A DNA stretch of 64,000 nucleotides from contig JBBQHU010000010.1 of the NCBI GenBank assembly GCA_038324265.1, positions 1,843 to 65,842 of the forward strand. The letters are read 5' to 3'. The stretch's first letter is position 1; every line of letters starts with the position of its first letter. Source of the DNA: Micropepsales bacterium. Its GTDB lineage: Bacteria > Pseudomonadota > Alphaproteobacteria > Micropepsales > Micropepsaceae. Both the position numbers and the translations under genes were made by a program. Under the pieces are notes generated by a model that was not told where the DNA came from, ran no database searches, and was given only the letters and a program-made list of their open reading frames with translations. Below, piece by piece: positions 27,710 to 40,793 of the stretch.

Positions 27710-27832
27710 ATCCACCGCATGCGCGCGCGCAAGCGCGCTTGCATAAGGGGAGGTGGCTGTAGCTGGCCCGGGCGCGATGCGCCCCTGGAATGTCAGGCGT
27801 GCGCGCGCGCGCCAGTGAAGGCCGGAGGGGGA

Positions 27833-28636
27833 TTACTTCGTGGCCAGCTCGCGCGGCGTCACGGCCAGAAGCTTGGTCAGTTCCTGCTGCACGGCCATGG
27901 AGGAGGCGTGGCCTTCATGGCCTTCGCCGGGGACAAAGCTGACCAGCAGGGTCTGTCCGGACAGCGTCACGGTGGGCTTGCCGCCTTCGGCCACCTTCAC
28001 CGCGTTGACGCGCTTGGCGAACTGGGCACGCGCCACCGGCAAAGCGGCGAGAAAGCGCTCGATCCCCATTGCCGCGTTGGTCAGGGCGTCAAAGGCGCGG
28101 CCGCGGGTTTCGGCATCGGCGGACATCACGGCGGGATCGGCGGAAAACTTGATGACGATCTTCTGCGAATAGGTGAGGTGGTTGGTTTCGTCGCCAAAGG
28201 CGGTCATCAGTTCGCCGGCTGACACGGTCATGGGGCCGGGCGCGGCGGCGTCGCCCTGGCGGGTGGCGGGAATGCCGCCGGGATTGTTCTGGGTGTAGAG
28301 CGTCATGCCGCCCCAGACCGAAATCCGCAGCGCCGTGGCGCCGGTGTCGTATTTGAGGATGCGCGCGCCCAGCGAGCTGCGTTCCTGGCTGAGGACGAAT
28401 TTCTCGCTGCCCCGGGGGAAGCGCAGCAGGTACTTGTCGCGGCCATAGCGTTCGAGGGTGAAATCGTCATCGCCCGCGCTGTAGAGGCCCGGCTGCACCG
28501 TGCTGACGCGCTCAGCGGCCAGGCGCGAGGCCATGGCGGGCGCCACGCCGGGGCCGGCATCGGGCTGCGCCCAAGCGGGGACCGCAGCGGGCACTGCACC
28601 GGCAAGCAACAAGGCTATGACAAAACTTGTTCTCAC
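27833..28636 (-). CDS. Secreted protein, DUF4908-like
   Basis: C-terminal part of track ORF 27833..30127; GTG 28636 then signal peptide (LLLAGAVPAAVPAWA); ILKYDTG..ALRISVWGGMTLY. Confidence 0.6.
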   Translation of the reverse strand: MRTSFVIALLLAGAVPAAVPAWAQPDAGPGVAPAMASRLAAERVSTVQPGLYSAGDDDFTLERYGRDKYLLRFPRGSEKFVLSQERSSLGARILKYDTGATALRISVWGGMTLYTQNNPGGIPATRQGDAAAPGPMTVSAGELMTAFGDETNHLTYSQKIVIKFSADPAVMSADAETRGRAFDALTNAAMGIERFLAALPVARAQFAKRVNAVKVAEGGKPTVTLSGQTLLVSFVPGEGHEGHASSMAVQQELTKLLAVTPRELATK

Positions 28637-28834
28637 GAAAAACTCTCTGGCGACATTGCGCCCGGACCGGTGACCTACCAGACCCCCTCTTTGCCCATGA
28701 TCCTGCCGTGCCAATTGGGCAATTTTAAGCCTCGGTTGGGGGTATTTCGCCCCCCCGCGACGCCTCTGCGCCTTCCTTTTGGGCGGGAATGTGACTAAAC
28801 CCGACTCCATTCCACCCAGCAGAAGGGCGCTCCC

Positions 28835-31555
<2,721 letters not shown>

Positions 31556-31615
31556 ATCCTCTGCCGTGGCCCGCCCGTCTTCTATTGAAGAACTGGCGGG
31601 CCATGACATTGTTGG

Positions 31616-32185
31616 ATGATGTCGATTGATTCCCTGAATCTCGCTGCGTCCGCAGCCCTTTTCGCGACTTGCATCGGCGCATGGTGGCTGTCGGCGGCGC
31701 ATCGCGCTGCCGTGCGGCTGCACCTGCGCTTTGCCGCCGTGCTGCTGGCGGCACTGGCGGTGGCGGCGGTTGTGAATCTGGCCGACACGGCGGCGCTGCT
31801 GCTGTTGCCGCTGGCCGGCACCGCGCTGGCGCTGGCGGCGATTGCGCGCTTTGCCCGGCCATCGGCATCCTTTGCGGCGACGGCGGCGCTGGTCGCGGCG
31901 CTGGCTTGCGGACTGGGCGCGATGCTCAGCGGCCATGCCATGCCGGCGCTGGTCGCCTTGATGCTGGCAGGGGTGGCGGTGATCGCGGCGGCGCTGAACG
32001 GCGCGGCATGGATCGCGATGGCGTCGGGCGCGGCGTTGCTGGCCTCGGGCCTTTGCGCGCTGCAGGTGGGTGTTGGTGCGGGGACTTTGCTGTTCAGCGC
32101 GGCCGCGTTGATTGGCCTTTCAAGGCCGGACTCTCAGCTCTTGCGGTCCAGCAGCAGTGCCTGGCGCGGCGCGGCCCTGCCATAG
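31616..32185 (+). CDS. Hypothetical Ala/Leu-rich membrane protein
   Basis: About 6 hydrophobic segments; overlaps the 3' end of the convergent ORF. Confidence 0.55.
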   Translation: MMSIDSLNLAASAALFATCIGAWWLSAAHRAAVRLHLRFAAVLLAALAVAAVVNLADTAALLLLPLAGTALALAAIARFARPSASFAATAALVAALACGLGAMLSGHAMPALVALMLAGVAVIAAALNGAAWIAMASGAALLASGLCALQVGVGAGTLLFSAAALIGLSRPDSQLLRSSSSAWRGAALP

Positions 32186-32481
32186 GCTGTCTCGACGCAA
32201 ACCAATTCGCGCCTGTCCGGCATCACCTGGCCCAGAAGCTGCGCCACGAATGTCGGCACCAGGCGCGGGGCGTCCCGAATTGGATCACGGCCCGTCGTTT
32301 CGTCCTGGCACACAAGTTCCACCTGCAGGCGCGGCGGCATTTTGGACTGGTGATGGGCATTGTCTTGCTGCTGTGCGCCCAAGCCGCTGGCGGCGCTAAT
32401 TTTTTCAATACGACGCACACGCTCCGCGAAGGTCTTTTGACCTCCGGCAAGCCTGACATCGTGGAAATTGTTGACGCGCAT
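32134..32481 (-). CDS. Hypothetical protein
   Basis: C-terminal FVAQLLGQ...AY motif; divergent from the EAL gene; start uncertain (32481 or 32520). Confidence 0.5.
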   Translation of the reverse strand: MRVNNFHDVRLAGGQKTFAERVRRIEKISAASGLGAQQQDNAHHQSKMPPRLQVELVCQDETTGRDPIRDAPRLVPTFVAQLLGQVMPDRRELVCVETAYGRAAPRQALLLDRKS

Positions 32482-32612
32482 GCCACTGCACAACGCAAGC
32501 TGCGCGCCGTGCATGAACAAGCGCTAACCATACGCGATTACCGCTTTTTTAAGTTCGCTTGGGCATAGTCGCGATCTAAGGCCGGAAGAAACTGGCCAGG
32601 GATTGGTGGATC

Positions 32613-34295
32613 GTGCTCAACGCCGCATTGCAGAAGCAAGACGAAGTCACCCAGCTCGGCTCGCTGGAAGATGAACTGCGTCTGCGCCTGTCGGCGCAAG
32701 CGGCGGGCGCTGCATCCTTCGACTGGAACACGAGCGCCGGCGTTATCGTCTGGGACGGTGCCACCGACATCCTGCCCTTGCACATTGACCGCCATGATGC
32801 CGTCAGCTTCGTTGATGGCATCGCGCCGGAGCGCCGCGCCGCCCTGACGGCACTGCTTGAGCAGCGCGGTTCGGGCAACAGCAGCTTCGAAGTCGATATC
32901 GAAATTGCCGGTGCCATGGGCGCGGTGGGTTTCACCATGGTGGGCACCCGCATGGCGAGCGAGGACGGCCGCACCAATCGCCTGGTCGGCCTGATGCGCG
33001 ACACCAGCGAGCGGGTGAGCGAAGTGCGCCGCCTGACATATCTGGCGACACGTGATGAACTGACCGGCCATCTCAACCGCAACGCCCTGCGCGAAGAACT
33101 TGCGGGCGCCATCGAGCGCGCCCGCGCCGAAAGCCGCAACTGCGCCTTTCTGGTCGCCTCCATCGACCGCCTTGCCATGATCAATGACAGCTTCGGCTTC
33201 GATGCCGGCGAAGAAGTCATCATGGGCGTGGGCGAGCGCCTGTCACGGACCCTGCGCGGCAGCGACATCATCGGCCGCATCGCCGGCAACAAGTTCGGCG
33301 TCATTCTGAAGAACTGTTCGGAGCGCGAGATCTCGGTGGTCGCCGACAGGCTGCGCGCCAGCGTGCGCGCCGATACCGTCGACACATGCAGCGGCATGGT
33401 CGCCGCCACCTGCAGCGTGGGTGCGGTGTGGCTGCCCCAGGCCGCCTCCACCAGCCAGGAAGCCATGCTGCGGGCTGAACTGGCGCTCAACAAGGCGCGC
33501 GCCAATGGCCGCGATGGCTTTGCCGTCTATCAGCCGTCGCCCCAGCGCGAATCCGCGCGCCTGCGCCAGATGCAGATCGCCGACGAGGTGGTGCAGGCCC
33601 TGAAGGAAAACCGCCTCAAGCTTGCCTATCAGCCCATTATCCAGGCCCGCTCGCGCAAGACATCGCATTACGAATGCCTGATGCGCATGCAGCAGCCCGA
33701 TGGTTCGATCCTCACAGCCGGATATTTCGTGCCGGCATGCGAGCAGATGGGCATCGTCCATCTGGTGGACCGCTGGGCGCTGGAAGCTGTCATCGCGCAG
33801 CTCAAGGCGCAGCCCTGCGTGACCCTGGCGGTCAATGTGTCGGGCACAGCTGCCAGCGATCCGGTCTGGCTGCAGGATTTCGTGGAATATGTGCGCGGGG
33901 CCCAGGCCGTGGCGCCGCGGCTGATCGTGGAACTGACGGAAACCGCCGCCCTGCATCACTTCGAGGAAAATGCCCGCTTTGTCTCCCAGTTGCGCGAGCT
34001 GGGTGTGCGGGTGGCGATTGACGATTTCGGCGCCGGCTATACGTCTTTCCGCAACCTGCAGATGCTGCACGTGGATACCGTCAAGATCGATGGCTCCTAT
34101 GTGAAGGATCTCAGCCACTCTCCGGAGAACCAGGTGTTTGTGCGCACGCTGGTTGGCCTGGCGCGCAGCTTCGACATCAAGACGGTGGCCGAATGGGTGG
34201 GCAATGACGAAGATGCCGCCCTGCTGCAAAGCTTCGGCGTGGATTATTTCCAGGGCTTCCACTTTGGCGAGCCTCTGCTGGATCCGAAGTTCTAG
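32613..34295 (+). CDS. PAS-like / degenerate GGDEF / EAL c-di-GMP phosphodiesterase
   Basis: DELTGHLNR, INDSFG, AGNKF in place of GGDEF; YQP, YECLMR, ELTE, IDDFGAGY, VKIDG, AEWV, QG. Confidence 0.9.
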   Translation: MLNAALQKQDEVTQLGSLEDELRLRLSAQAAGAASFDWNTSAGVIVWDGATDILPLHIDRHDAVSFVDGIAPERRAALTALLEQRGSGNSSFEVDIEIAGAMGAVGFTMVGTRMASEDGRTNRLVGLMRDTSERVSEVRRLTYLATRDELTGHLNRNALREELAGAIERARAESRNCAFLVASIDRLAMINDSFGFDAGEEVIMGVGERLSRTLRGSDIIGRIAGNKFGVILKNCSEREISVVADRLRASVRADTVDTCSGMVAATCSVGAVWLPQAASTSQEAMLRAELALNKARANGRDGFAVYQPSPQRESARLRQMQIADEVVQALKENRLKLAYQPIIQARSRKTSHYECLMRMQQPDGSILTAGYFVPACEQMGIVHLVDRWALEAVIAQLKAQPCVTLAVNVSGTAASDPVWLQDFVEYVRGAQAVAPRLIVELTETAALHHFEENARFVSQLRELGVRVAIDDFGAGYTSFRNLQMLHVDTVKIDGSYVKDLSHSPENQVFVRTLVGLARSFDIKTVAEWVGNDEDAALLQSFGVDYFQGFHFGEPLLDPKF

Positions 34296-34323
34296 GCAGC
34301 CTCCCGGCCGGGCTCGCCGGGGA

Positions 34324-34590
34324 TCACTTGTTCCACGTCGTCACTTTGGCGTTGCCGTCATCCTCGACGGTGACGGTGAAGCGGTGGCGGGGATCCTCGA
34401 AATCCACCAGCCAGCGATCCTTGATCTTCTGGGTGCGCGCCATGGTGACGGCCCCGCAATGTCCATTGCAGTATTTTTTCAGCCGCACATTGGCGACCTG
34501 CTGCGCTTCGCGCGTCGACATGGGCGCAAAGCAGCCTGCAAGGCCAACAGATATCGCGATGATAATGCCCCCCTTGATGGGGAGCATCAT
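34324..34590 (-). CDS. Small lipoprotein
   Basis: Lipobox LAGC; ATGA overlap with the phaR stop. Confidence 0.65.
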   Translation of the reverse strand: MMLPIKGGIIIAISVGLAGCFAPMSTREAQQVANVRLKKYCNGHCGAVTMARTQKIKDRWLVDFEDPRHRFTVTVEDDGNAKVTTWNK

Positions 34591-35162
34591 TTCTTCGCCA
34601 GCTCCGCCAGTTGCCGGCGCATCGCTTCCATCTCTTCCTTGAGGTCGGCGACCTCGTCGGAAGCCGGCTTGGCGGCGGGCTTGGCTTCGGTCTTGGCAGC
34701 GACGCCGCCGAAGGGCACGAACATGGCCATGGCGTTTTCGAACATCTGCAGGTTCTGGCGCGTCAGGTTCTCGACCATCTGGTTGCCGCCGCCCAGTGCT
34801 TCGGCAATGCGGTCGCGCATGGCGCCCTGGTTCTTGGTGAAGCCATCCATGCTCATGTCCAGATAGCCCGGCACAAATGATTGCAGGCTGTCGCCATAGA
34901 AGCGGATCAACTGGCGCAAGAACTTGATCGGCAACAGCGACTGGCCCTTGGCTTCTTCCTCGAAGATGATCTGGGTCAGCACGCTGCGCGTGATGTCGTC
35001 GCCGGTGCGGGCGTCCTGGACTTCGAATTCGGTCCCTTCCTTCACCATGGCCGCCAGGTGATCCAGCGTCACATAGGAGGAGGTCTGTGTGTTGTAGAGG
35101 CGCCGGTTGGCGTACTTCTTGATGACGACCGGACCTTCGGCTTTGGTTTTATCTTCCGACAC
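34587..35162 (-). CDS. phaR: PHA synthesis repressor PhaR
   Basis: IKKYANRRLYNTQTSSYVTL, DITRSVLTQII, FLRQLIRFYG. Confidence 0.95.
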   Translation of the reverse strand: MSEDKTKAEGPVVIKKYANRRLYNTQTSSYVTLDHLAAMVKEGTEFEVQDARTGDDITRSVLTQIIFEEEAKGQSLLPIKFLRQLIRFYGDSLQSFVPGYLDMSMDGFTKNQGAMRDRIAEALGGGNQMVENLTRQNLQMFENAMAMFVPFGGVAAKTEAKPAAKPASDEVADLKEEMEAMRRQLAELAKK

Positions 35163-35385
35163 TTATTATGTTCCCCAACTCGTTACTGCGCCTCCCCGTA
35201 GGCGCGAACTGTTAAATCACCATCCCGCAGCGCGGGAGTCCAGCGCCATTTAGCATTCGCAGCAAGGAAGACATTCTCAGGTGACCGTCAAGTCCCTGAA
35301 AATATGATGGAATTTATCAACTGTTGTCCAATGCCCGCGTTCGCGGCATTTTGCGCTCCGCGATAAAAAGAACAGGATTTCTGCC

Positions 35386-36558
35386 ATGGAAGATGTCGTC
35401 ATTGTTTCGGCCGCGCGCACGCCCGTCGGCTCTTTCAGCGGCGCTTTTGCCACTGTTCCCGCCCACAAGCTGGGCGAAGTCGCCATCCGGGCGGCGCTGG
35501 CGCGTGCCGGTGTCGCTCCCGAGGAAATCAGCGAAGTCATCCTGGGCCAGGTGCTGACCGCGGCCCAGGGTCAGAATCCGGCCCGCCAGGCTTCCATCCT
35601 GGCCGGACTTCCCATCGCCACCCCGGCCTGGGGCATCAACATGGTCTGCGGCTCGGGCCTGCGCACGGTGGCGCTGGGCGCCCAGGCGATCGCGAACGGC
35701 GACAGCGCCATCGTTATCGCGGGCGGCCAGGAAAGCATGAGCCTGTCCACCCATGCCGCCTATCTGCGCGCGGGTCAGAAGATGGGCGACTTGCAGTTCA
35801 TCGACACCATGATCCGCGACGGGCTGTGGGATGCCTTCAACGGCTATCACATGGGCGTCACCGCCGAGAATGTTGCCAAGCAGTGGGAAATCACCCGCGA
35901 GCAGCAGGACGCCTTCGCCGTCGCCAGCCAGAACAAGGCAGAAGCCGCGCGCAATTCCGGCCGCTTCAAGGACGAGATCGCGCCTGTCACCGTGAAGGGG
36001 CGCAAGGGCGACACCATCGTGGACACTGACGAATATATCCGCGACGGCGCCACGATCGAGGCGATGGCCGGCCTGCGGCCTGCCTTCGACAAGGCGGGCA
36101 CCGTGACCGCCGGCAATGCATCGGGCCTCAATGACGGCGCCGCGGCGCTGGTGCTGATGACGGCCAAGGAAGCCGCCAAACGCGGCCTGACGCCGCTGGC
36201 GCGCATCGCGTCGTGGGCGCAGGCGGGCGTGGACCCCAAGGTGATGGGCTCGGGCCCGATTCCGGCGTCGAAGAAGGCGCTGGAGAAGGCCGGCTGGAAA
36301 GCCGCCGCCCTGGACCTGATCGAGGCCAACGAGGCCTTTGCCGCCCAGGCCTGCGCCGTGAACAAGGAGATGGGCTGGGACCTGTCCAAGGTGAACGTCA
36401 ATGGCGGCGCCATCGCCATCGGCCACCCCATCGGGGCATCGGGCGCGCGCATCCTGACGACGCTGCTGTACGAAATGGGCAAGCGCGACGCCAAGAAGGG
36501 CCTGGCCACCTTGTGCATCGGCGGCGGCATGGGCATTGCGCTGTGCGTGGAGCGGTAG
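35386..36558 (+). CDS. phaA: Acetyl-CoA C-acetyltransferase (beta-ketothiolase)
   Basis: [28 protein letters not shown]. Confidence 0.95.
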   Translation: MEDVVIVSAARTPVGSFSGAFATVPAHKLGEVAIRAALARAGVAPEEISEVILGQVLTAAQGQNPARQASILAGLPIATPAWGINMVCGSGLRTVALGAQAIANGDSAIVIAGGQESMSLSTHAAYLRAGQKMGDLQFIDTMIRDGLWDAFNGYHMGVTAENVAKQWEITREQQDAFAVASQNKAEAARNSGRFKDEIAPVTVKGRKGDTIVDTDEYIRDGATIEAMAGLRPAFDKAGTVTAGNASGLNDGAAALVLMTAKEAAKRGLTPLARIASWAQAGVDPKVMGSGPIPASKKALEKAGWKAAALDLIEANEAFAAQACAVNKEMGWDLSKVNVNGGAIAIGHPIGASGARILTTLLYEMGKRDAKKGLATLCIGGGMGIALCVER

Positions 36559-36678
36559 CGGAACGCACCGCCAAAGCCGGTTGAGCGGTAGCCGCACTGC
36601 AACATCGTTATTTGTTGAAACGCCCGCAAAAGCGGGCCTAACTGCTGTCTTGATCGAAGGCAGCAAAAGGAAAGATTC

Positions 36679-37413
36679 ATGGCCGAAAAAGCATCGAGGG
36701 TAGCGGTGGTCACGGGCGGAACGCGCGGCATTGGCGAAGCAATTTCGGTGGCGCTGAAGGACGCGGGATTCATCGTGGCGGCGAACTATGCCGGCAATGA
36801 TGAACGCGCCAAGGCCTTCGAGGCGCGCACCGGCATCAAATCCTTCAAGTGGGATGTGTCTTCGTTCGAGGATTGCACGGCCGGCGTCGCGAAGGTTGAA
36901 GCAGAGCTCGGCCCCATCGATGTGATCGTCAACAATGCCGGCATCACCCGCGACGGCACCATGAAGAAGATGACCCGCACCCACTGGGACGAGGTGCTCG
37001 ATACCAACCTGGGCGGCTGCTACAACATGTGCAAGGCGGCGTGGGACGGCATGAACACGCGCAAGTTCGGACGTGTCGTGAACATCGGCTCGATCAACGG
37101 CCAGGCCGGCCAGTATGGCCAGGTCAATTATGCCGCCGCCAAGTCGGGCATCCACGGCTTCACCAAGGCGCTGGCCCAGGAAGGCGCTCGCGCCGGCATC
37201 ACCGTCAACGCGATTGCGCCGGGCTATATCGACACCGACATGGTGGCTGCGGTGCCGGCTGATGTTCTGGCCAAGATCGTGGCGCGCATCCCGGTGGGGC
37301 GCCTGGGCCAGGCCAGCGAGATCGCGCGGGCGGTGCTGTTCCTGGTGGCGGACGAGGGCGGGTTCATCACGGGTAGCACGCTGTCGATCAACGGCGGGCA
37401 GCATATGTACTGA
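36679..37413 (+). CDS. phaB: Acetoacetyl-CoA reductase
   Basis: TGGTRGIG, NNAGITRD, GQVNYAAAK, SINGGQHM; follows phaA. Confidence 0.95.
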   Translation: MAEKASRVAVVTGGTRGIGEAISVALKDAGFIVAANYAGNDERAKAFEARTGIKSFKWDVSSFEDCTAGVAKVEAELGPIDVIVNNAGITRDGTMKKMTRTHWDEVLDTNLGGCYNMCKAAWDGMNTRKFGRVVNIGSINGQAGQYGQVNYAAAKSGIHGFTKALAQEGARAGITVNAIAPGYIDTDMVAAVPADVLAKIVARIPVGRLGQASEIARAVLFLVADEGGFITGSTLSINGGQHMY

Positions 37414-38000
37414 TGAAGATGCGACCACTGGTCATCATCGTCATTGTTTTAGGCATCTCGCTACTTGTCGGGATCATCTGGTTTACGAACTGGCAACGCG
37501 CGGCGGCATCTCAGGATGCGCGGATGACAGCGTCGTTTGTCCCGAGTCCGGCCAATGACACCTTGGTTTCCGGCAGCGGCTGGGACCAGTCTGAACTTGA
37601 CCGGATTCTGGGAGATTTTTCACTGCAATACGGCTTGCCCGCGAACTCTTTCAAGATTGAACGCGGAGATTCAAGAAAATTCAGGATATCGTTTCCGCAT
37701 GACATCGAGCCGAAGCTGCTTCTTTTTCTAGTCAATTATTTACAATACCCGAATGGCTTCGACTTAAGGACCCACTCCATCGCTGCCGTTGCGCATGTTG
37801 TACTGACTGCAGCATTCGGTGTTTCTGATCCGACACTGATCGGCGATCGCGCACGGATATATGTGCCATCAAACGACGTGGACCACGACCTTGTGTATGC
37901 TCAAGTCCAGCAGGGGCACAGCTTTCGAATTTCCTTCACCGACATGATCTGGCAAGAGGTCGATTACGCGCGGTTACCTCCTTCAATCGGCGGTCTTTAG
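37413..38000 (+). CDS. Hypothetical protein with N-terminal TM anchor and atypical composition
   Basis: TGATG coupling to phaB; visibly more AT-rich codons (TTA, CTA, AAT). Confidence 0.65.
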   Translation: MKMRPLVIIVIVLGISLLVGIIWFTNWQRAAASQDARMTASFVPSPANDTLVSGSGWDQSELDRILGDFSLQYGLPANSFKIERGDSRKFRISFPHDIEPKLLLFLVNYLQYPNGFDLRTHSIAAVAHVVLTAAFGVSDPTLIGDRARIYVPSNDVDHDLVYAQVQQGHSFRISFTDMIWQEVDYARLPPSIGGL

Positions 38001-38052
38001 GGGGCGTGAACCGCCTTTCGACAAGCGCGTCGCGAGCCTGTAATAAATCTGC

Positions 38053-38655
38053 ATGATTTCCTCTCTCACCGCTGAAAAGCTGACCTGCGCGCGCGGGGAG
38101 CGTCGGCTGTTCGAGCAGCTGTCGTTCCGCGTCACGGCCGGGCAGGCGCTGGCGGTGGAGGGGGCGAATGGCGCGGGCAAGACCAGCCTGCTGCGGATGC
38201 TGGCGGGATTTCTCAGCCCCGCCGCCGGGCGCATCGTCACCAAGATTGGCGATACGCAAAGCGATGACACCGAAGAGCGCGGCAGGCAGGTCGGCTGGCT
38301 GGGCCATCATGATGGCCTGAAGCCCCAACTGACCGTGCGCGAGCAGCTTGCCTTCTATGCCGGTCTTTACGCCATGCCCGCCGACGCGGCGGTGCTGGAG
38401 CAAGTGGGCCTCACCCGCCAGGCCGATCTGCCGTGCCGCTATCTGTCGGCGGGACAGAAGCGGCGGCTGGCGCTGGCGCGGCTGCTGGTGTCGCAGCGGT
38501 CGTTGTGGCTGCTGGACGAGCCCTTTGCGGCACTGGACACGGCGGGGCAGCAACTGGTGGCGCAACTGATGGCGCGGCATTGCGGGGCGGGCGGGATCAT
38601 CATTGCCGCTACCCATGAGCCGCTGGGGCTGTCGAATGAAAGCCTGAAATTGTGA
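38053..38655 (+). CDS. ccmA: Heme ABC exporter ATPase CcmA
   Basis: GANGAGKT, LSAGQKRR, LWLLDEP. Confidence 0.93.
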   Translation: MISSLTAEKLTCARGERRLFEQLSFRVTAGQALAVEGANGAGKTSLLRMLAGFLSPAAGRIVTKIGDTQSDDTEERGRQVGWLGHHDGLKPQLTVREQLAFYAGLYAMPADAAVLEQVGLTRQADLPCRYLSAGQKRRLALARLLVSQRSLWLLDEPFAALDTAGQQLVAQLMARHCGAGGIIIAATHEPLGLSNESLKL

Positions 38656-39320
38656 GCCCGTTCTGGACGCTTCTCACCCGCGACCTGAAGCTCGCCGCCC
38701 GCAGTGGTGGCGGGGCGGCGCTGGCGCTGAGCTTCTTCGCGCTGGTGGCGACCCTGGTGCCGCTGGGCGTGGGGGCGGACTTGCGGCTGCTGGCGCGCAT
38801 CGCCGGCGGCATATTGTGGGTGGGGGCAGTGCTGGCGGCGCTGCTGTCGCTGGACCGGCTGTTCCAGGGCGATTTCGAGGATGGTTCGCTGGAACTCATC
38901 GCGCTGTCGCCCTTGTCGCTGGAGATGACGGCGCTGGCCAAGATCGCCGCGCACTGGATCTCCACCGGCGCGGCCCTTACGCTTTTGTCACCTGTGCTGG
39001 CGCTGCTGTTCAACCTGCCACCCATGCCCACCCTGGTGCTGTTCCTGTCGCTGCTGATCGGAACCCCGGCGGTCAGCGCCGTGGGCGCGATAGGCGCCAG
39101 CCTGACCTTGTCCCTCAAGCGGGGCGGGTTGATCCTGCCCCTGATCATTCTGCCGCTGCTGAGCCCTGTGGTGATCTTTGGCGCGGGCGCCGTGGCGGCG
39201 GTGATGGACGGTTTCAGCCCCAATGGCGGGCTGGGACTTTTGGCGGCTTTCTCCCTCGCGGCGGTGCTGCTAAGTCCCTTTGCGGCGGCGGCGTCGGTCC
39301 GCCTGAACTTGTCGAATTGA
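38652..39320 (+). CDS. ccmB: Heme exporter CcmB
   Basis: LDRLFQGDFEDGSLE, KIAAHW, LLIGTP. Confidence 0.93.
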   Translation: MSPFWTLLTRDLKLAARSGGGAALALSFFALVATLVPLGVGADLRLLARIAGGILWVGAVLAALLSLDRLFQGDFEDGSLELIALSPLSLEMTALAKIAAHWISTGAALTLLSPVLALLFNLPPMPTLVLFLSLLIGTPAVSAVGAIGASLTLSLKRGGLILPLIILPLLSPVVIFGAGAVAAVMDGFSPNGGLGLLAAFSLAAVLLSPFAAAASVRLNLSN

Positions 39321-39336
39321 AGTGGGGGGAAGCTGG

Positions 39337-40047
39337 ATGAACTGGTTGTTCCGTTACGCCAATCCCCACAATTTCATGCGCCTGTCGGGCGTGGTGCTGC
39401 CGTTCACCGCCCTCGCCACCGTGCTGCTGCTGGCGCTGGGCCTGTATCTGGGTTTCACCGCGCCGCCCGATTACCAGCAGGGCCGCACCGTGCTGATCAT
39501 GTTCATCCATGTGCCGGCCGCCGTCGCCGCCGAGCTGGCCTATGGTGCCATTGCGGTGTGTTCGCTGCTGTCGCTGGTGTGGCGCCATCCCCTGTCGGAC
39601 ACCGCGGCGCGCGCCGCCGCGCCGCTGGGTGCGATCTTCACGGCGCTGGGGCTGGTGACAGGCGCGCTGTGGGGCAAGCCGATGTGGGGCACCTATTGGG
39701 TGTGGGATGCGCGGCTGACCAGCTTCCTGCTGCTGCTGTTTTTGTACATGGGCTACATGGCGTTGTGGAACGCGATTGAAGACGAGACCCGTGCGGCGCG
39801 TGCCGCGGCAATTTTGGCGCTGGTGGGGGCGGTGAACATTCCCATCATCAAATTCTCGGTGGAATGGTGGAGCACCTTGCACCAGGGCGAAAGCATCATG
39901 TCGGGCAAGCTGGCGCCGGTGTTCCTGACGCCGCTGCTGCTGATGATAAGCGCCTATGCGCTGCTGTTCGCCACGCTGTGGATGGTCGCCATTCGCACCG
40001 CCATCGTGGAGCGCCGTGCCCGCAATCTGATGCAGGGGGGCGCGTGA
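39337..40047 (+). CDS. ccmC: Heme exporter CcmC
   Basis: HVPAA, WGKPMWGTYWVWDARLTS (WWD domain), TLHQ. Confidence 0.95.
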   Translation: MNWLFRYANPHNFMRLSGVVLPFTALATVLLLALGLYLGFTAPPDYQQGRTVLIMFIHVPAAVAAELAYGAIAVCSLLSLVWRHPLSDTAARAAAPLGAIFTALGLVTGALWGKPMWGTYWVWDARLTSFLLLLFLYMGYMALWNAIEDETRAARAAAILALVGAVNIPIIKFSVEWWSTLHQGESIMSGKLAPVFLTPLLLMISAYALLFATLWMVAIRTAIVERRARNLMQGGA

Positions 40048-40211
40048 TGTTCGACATGGGCGAATTCGGCTTTTACATCTGGGGCTCCTATGGGCTGTCG
40101 GCGGTGACACTGGCGGGCGTGACCTTGTGGACACTGGCGGGATGGCGTGCGGCGAACAGGAAACTTTCGGCTTTGGAACCCCGCGCGCCGCGCAAAGAAA
40201 CAAAAACATGA
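40047..40211 (+). CDS. ccmD: Heme exporter CcmD (54 aa)
   Basis: MFDMGEFGFYIWGSYG...; TGATG overlap with ccmC; position between ccmC and ccmG. Confidence 0.85.
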   Translation: MFDMGEFGFYIWGSYGLSAVTLAGVTLWTLAGWRAANRKLSALEPRAPRKETKT

Positions 40212-40750
40212 AACGCTGGATTTTCGTTTTGCCCATCGCGGGTTTCGCGGTGCTGGCCTTTTTCCTGTTCCGCAGCCTTTGGTCGCCGGCGCCGGACATC
40301 ATTCCTTCGGCCCTGCTGAACAAGCCCGCGCCGCAGCTGGTGCTGCCGGCGCTGGACGAACAGACCACCGCCTTCACATCGGCCGACTTGCGGGCCGGCC
40401 ATGTCACGGTGGTCAATGTCTTTGCCAGCTGGTGCGCGCCCTGCCGCACCGAGGCGCCGGCGCTGATGGCGCTGGCCCAGGTGCCGGGCGTGGCGCTGTA
40501 TGGCATGACCCAGAAGGACAAGCCCGCCGCCACCCGCGCCTTCCTGGACGAGGTGGGCAATCCCTTCGGCAAGATCGCCCGCGATGATGACGGCCGCGCT
40601 TCCATCGAATGGGGCGTCTATGGCGTGCCCGAGACCTATGTCGTGGACGGCAAGGGCGTGCTGCGCTTCAAGTATGTCGGCGGGCTGACCCAGGCGGTGC
40701 TGGAGCAGCAGTTGCTGCCGGCGATACGGTCGCTGCAGGCCGCTCGCTAG
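40208..40750 (+). CDS. ccmG: Thiol:disulfide interchange protein CcmG/DsbE
   Basis: NVFASWCAPC, WGVYGVPETY; ATGA overlap with ccmD. Confidence 0.92.
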   Translation: MKRWIFVLPIAGFAVLAFFLFRSLWSPAPDIIPSALLNKPAPQLVLPALDEQTTAFTSADLRAGHVTVVNVFASWCAPCRTEAPALMALAQVPGVALYGMTQKDKPAATRAFLDEVGNPFGKIARDDDGRASIEWGVYGVPETYVVDGKGVLRFKYVGGLTQAVLEQQLLPAIRSLQAAR

Positions 40751-40793
40751 CGCATTAGGACTTTCCTAACCCTGTTTTGTCAGGGTCACGGTC

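Noticed and set aside
11715-27716. DnaA-box-like 9-mers (TTATCCCCA on the minus strand near 11717-11725, TTATCCACC at 27708)
   Set aside because: Isolated 8/9 matches with no cluster and no origin-associated genes.
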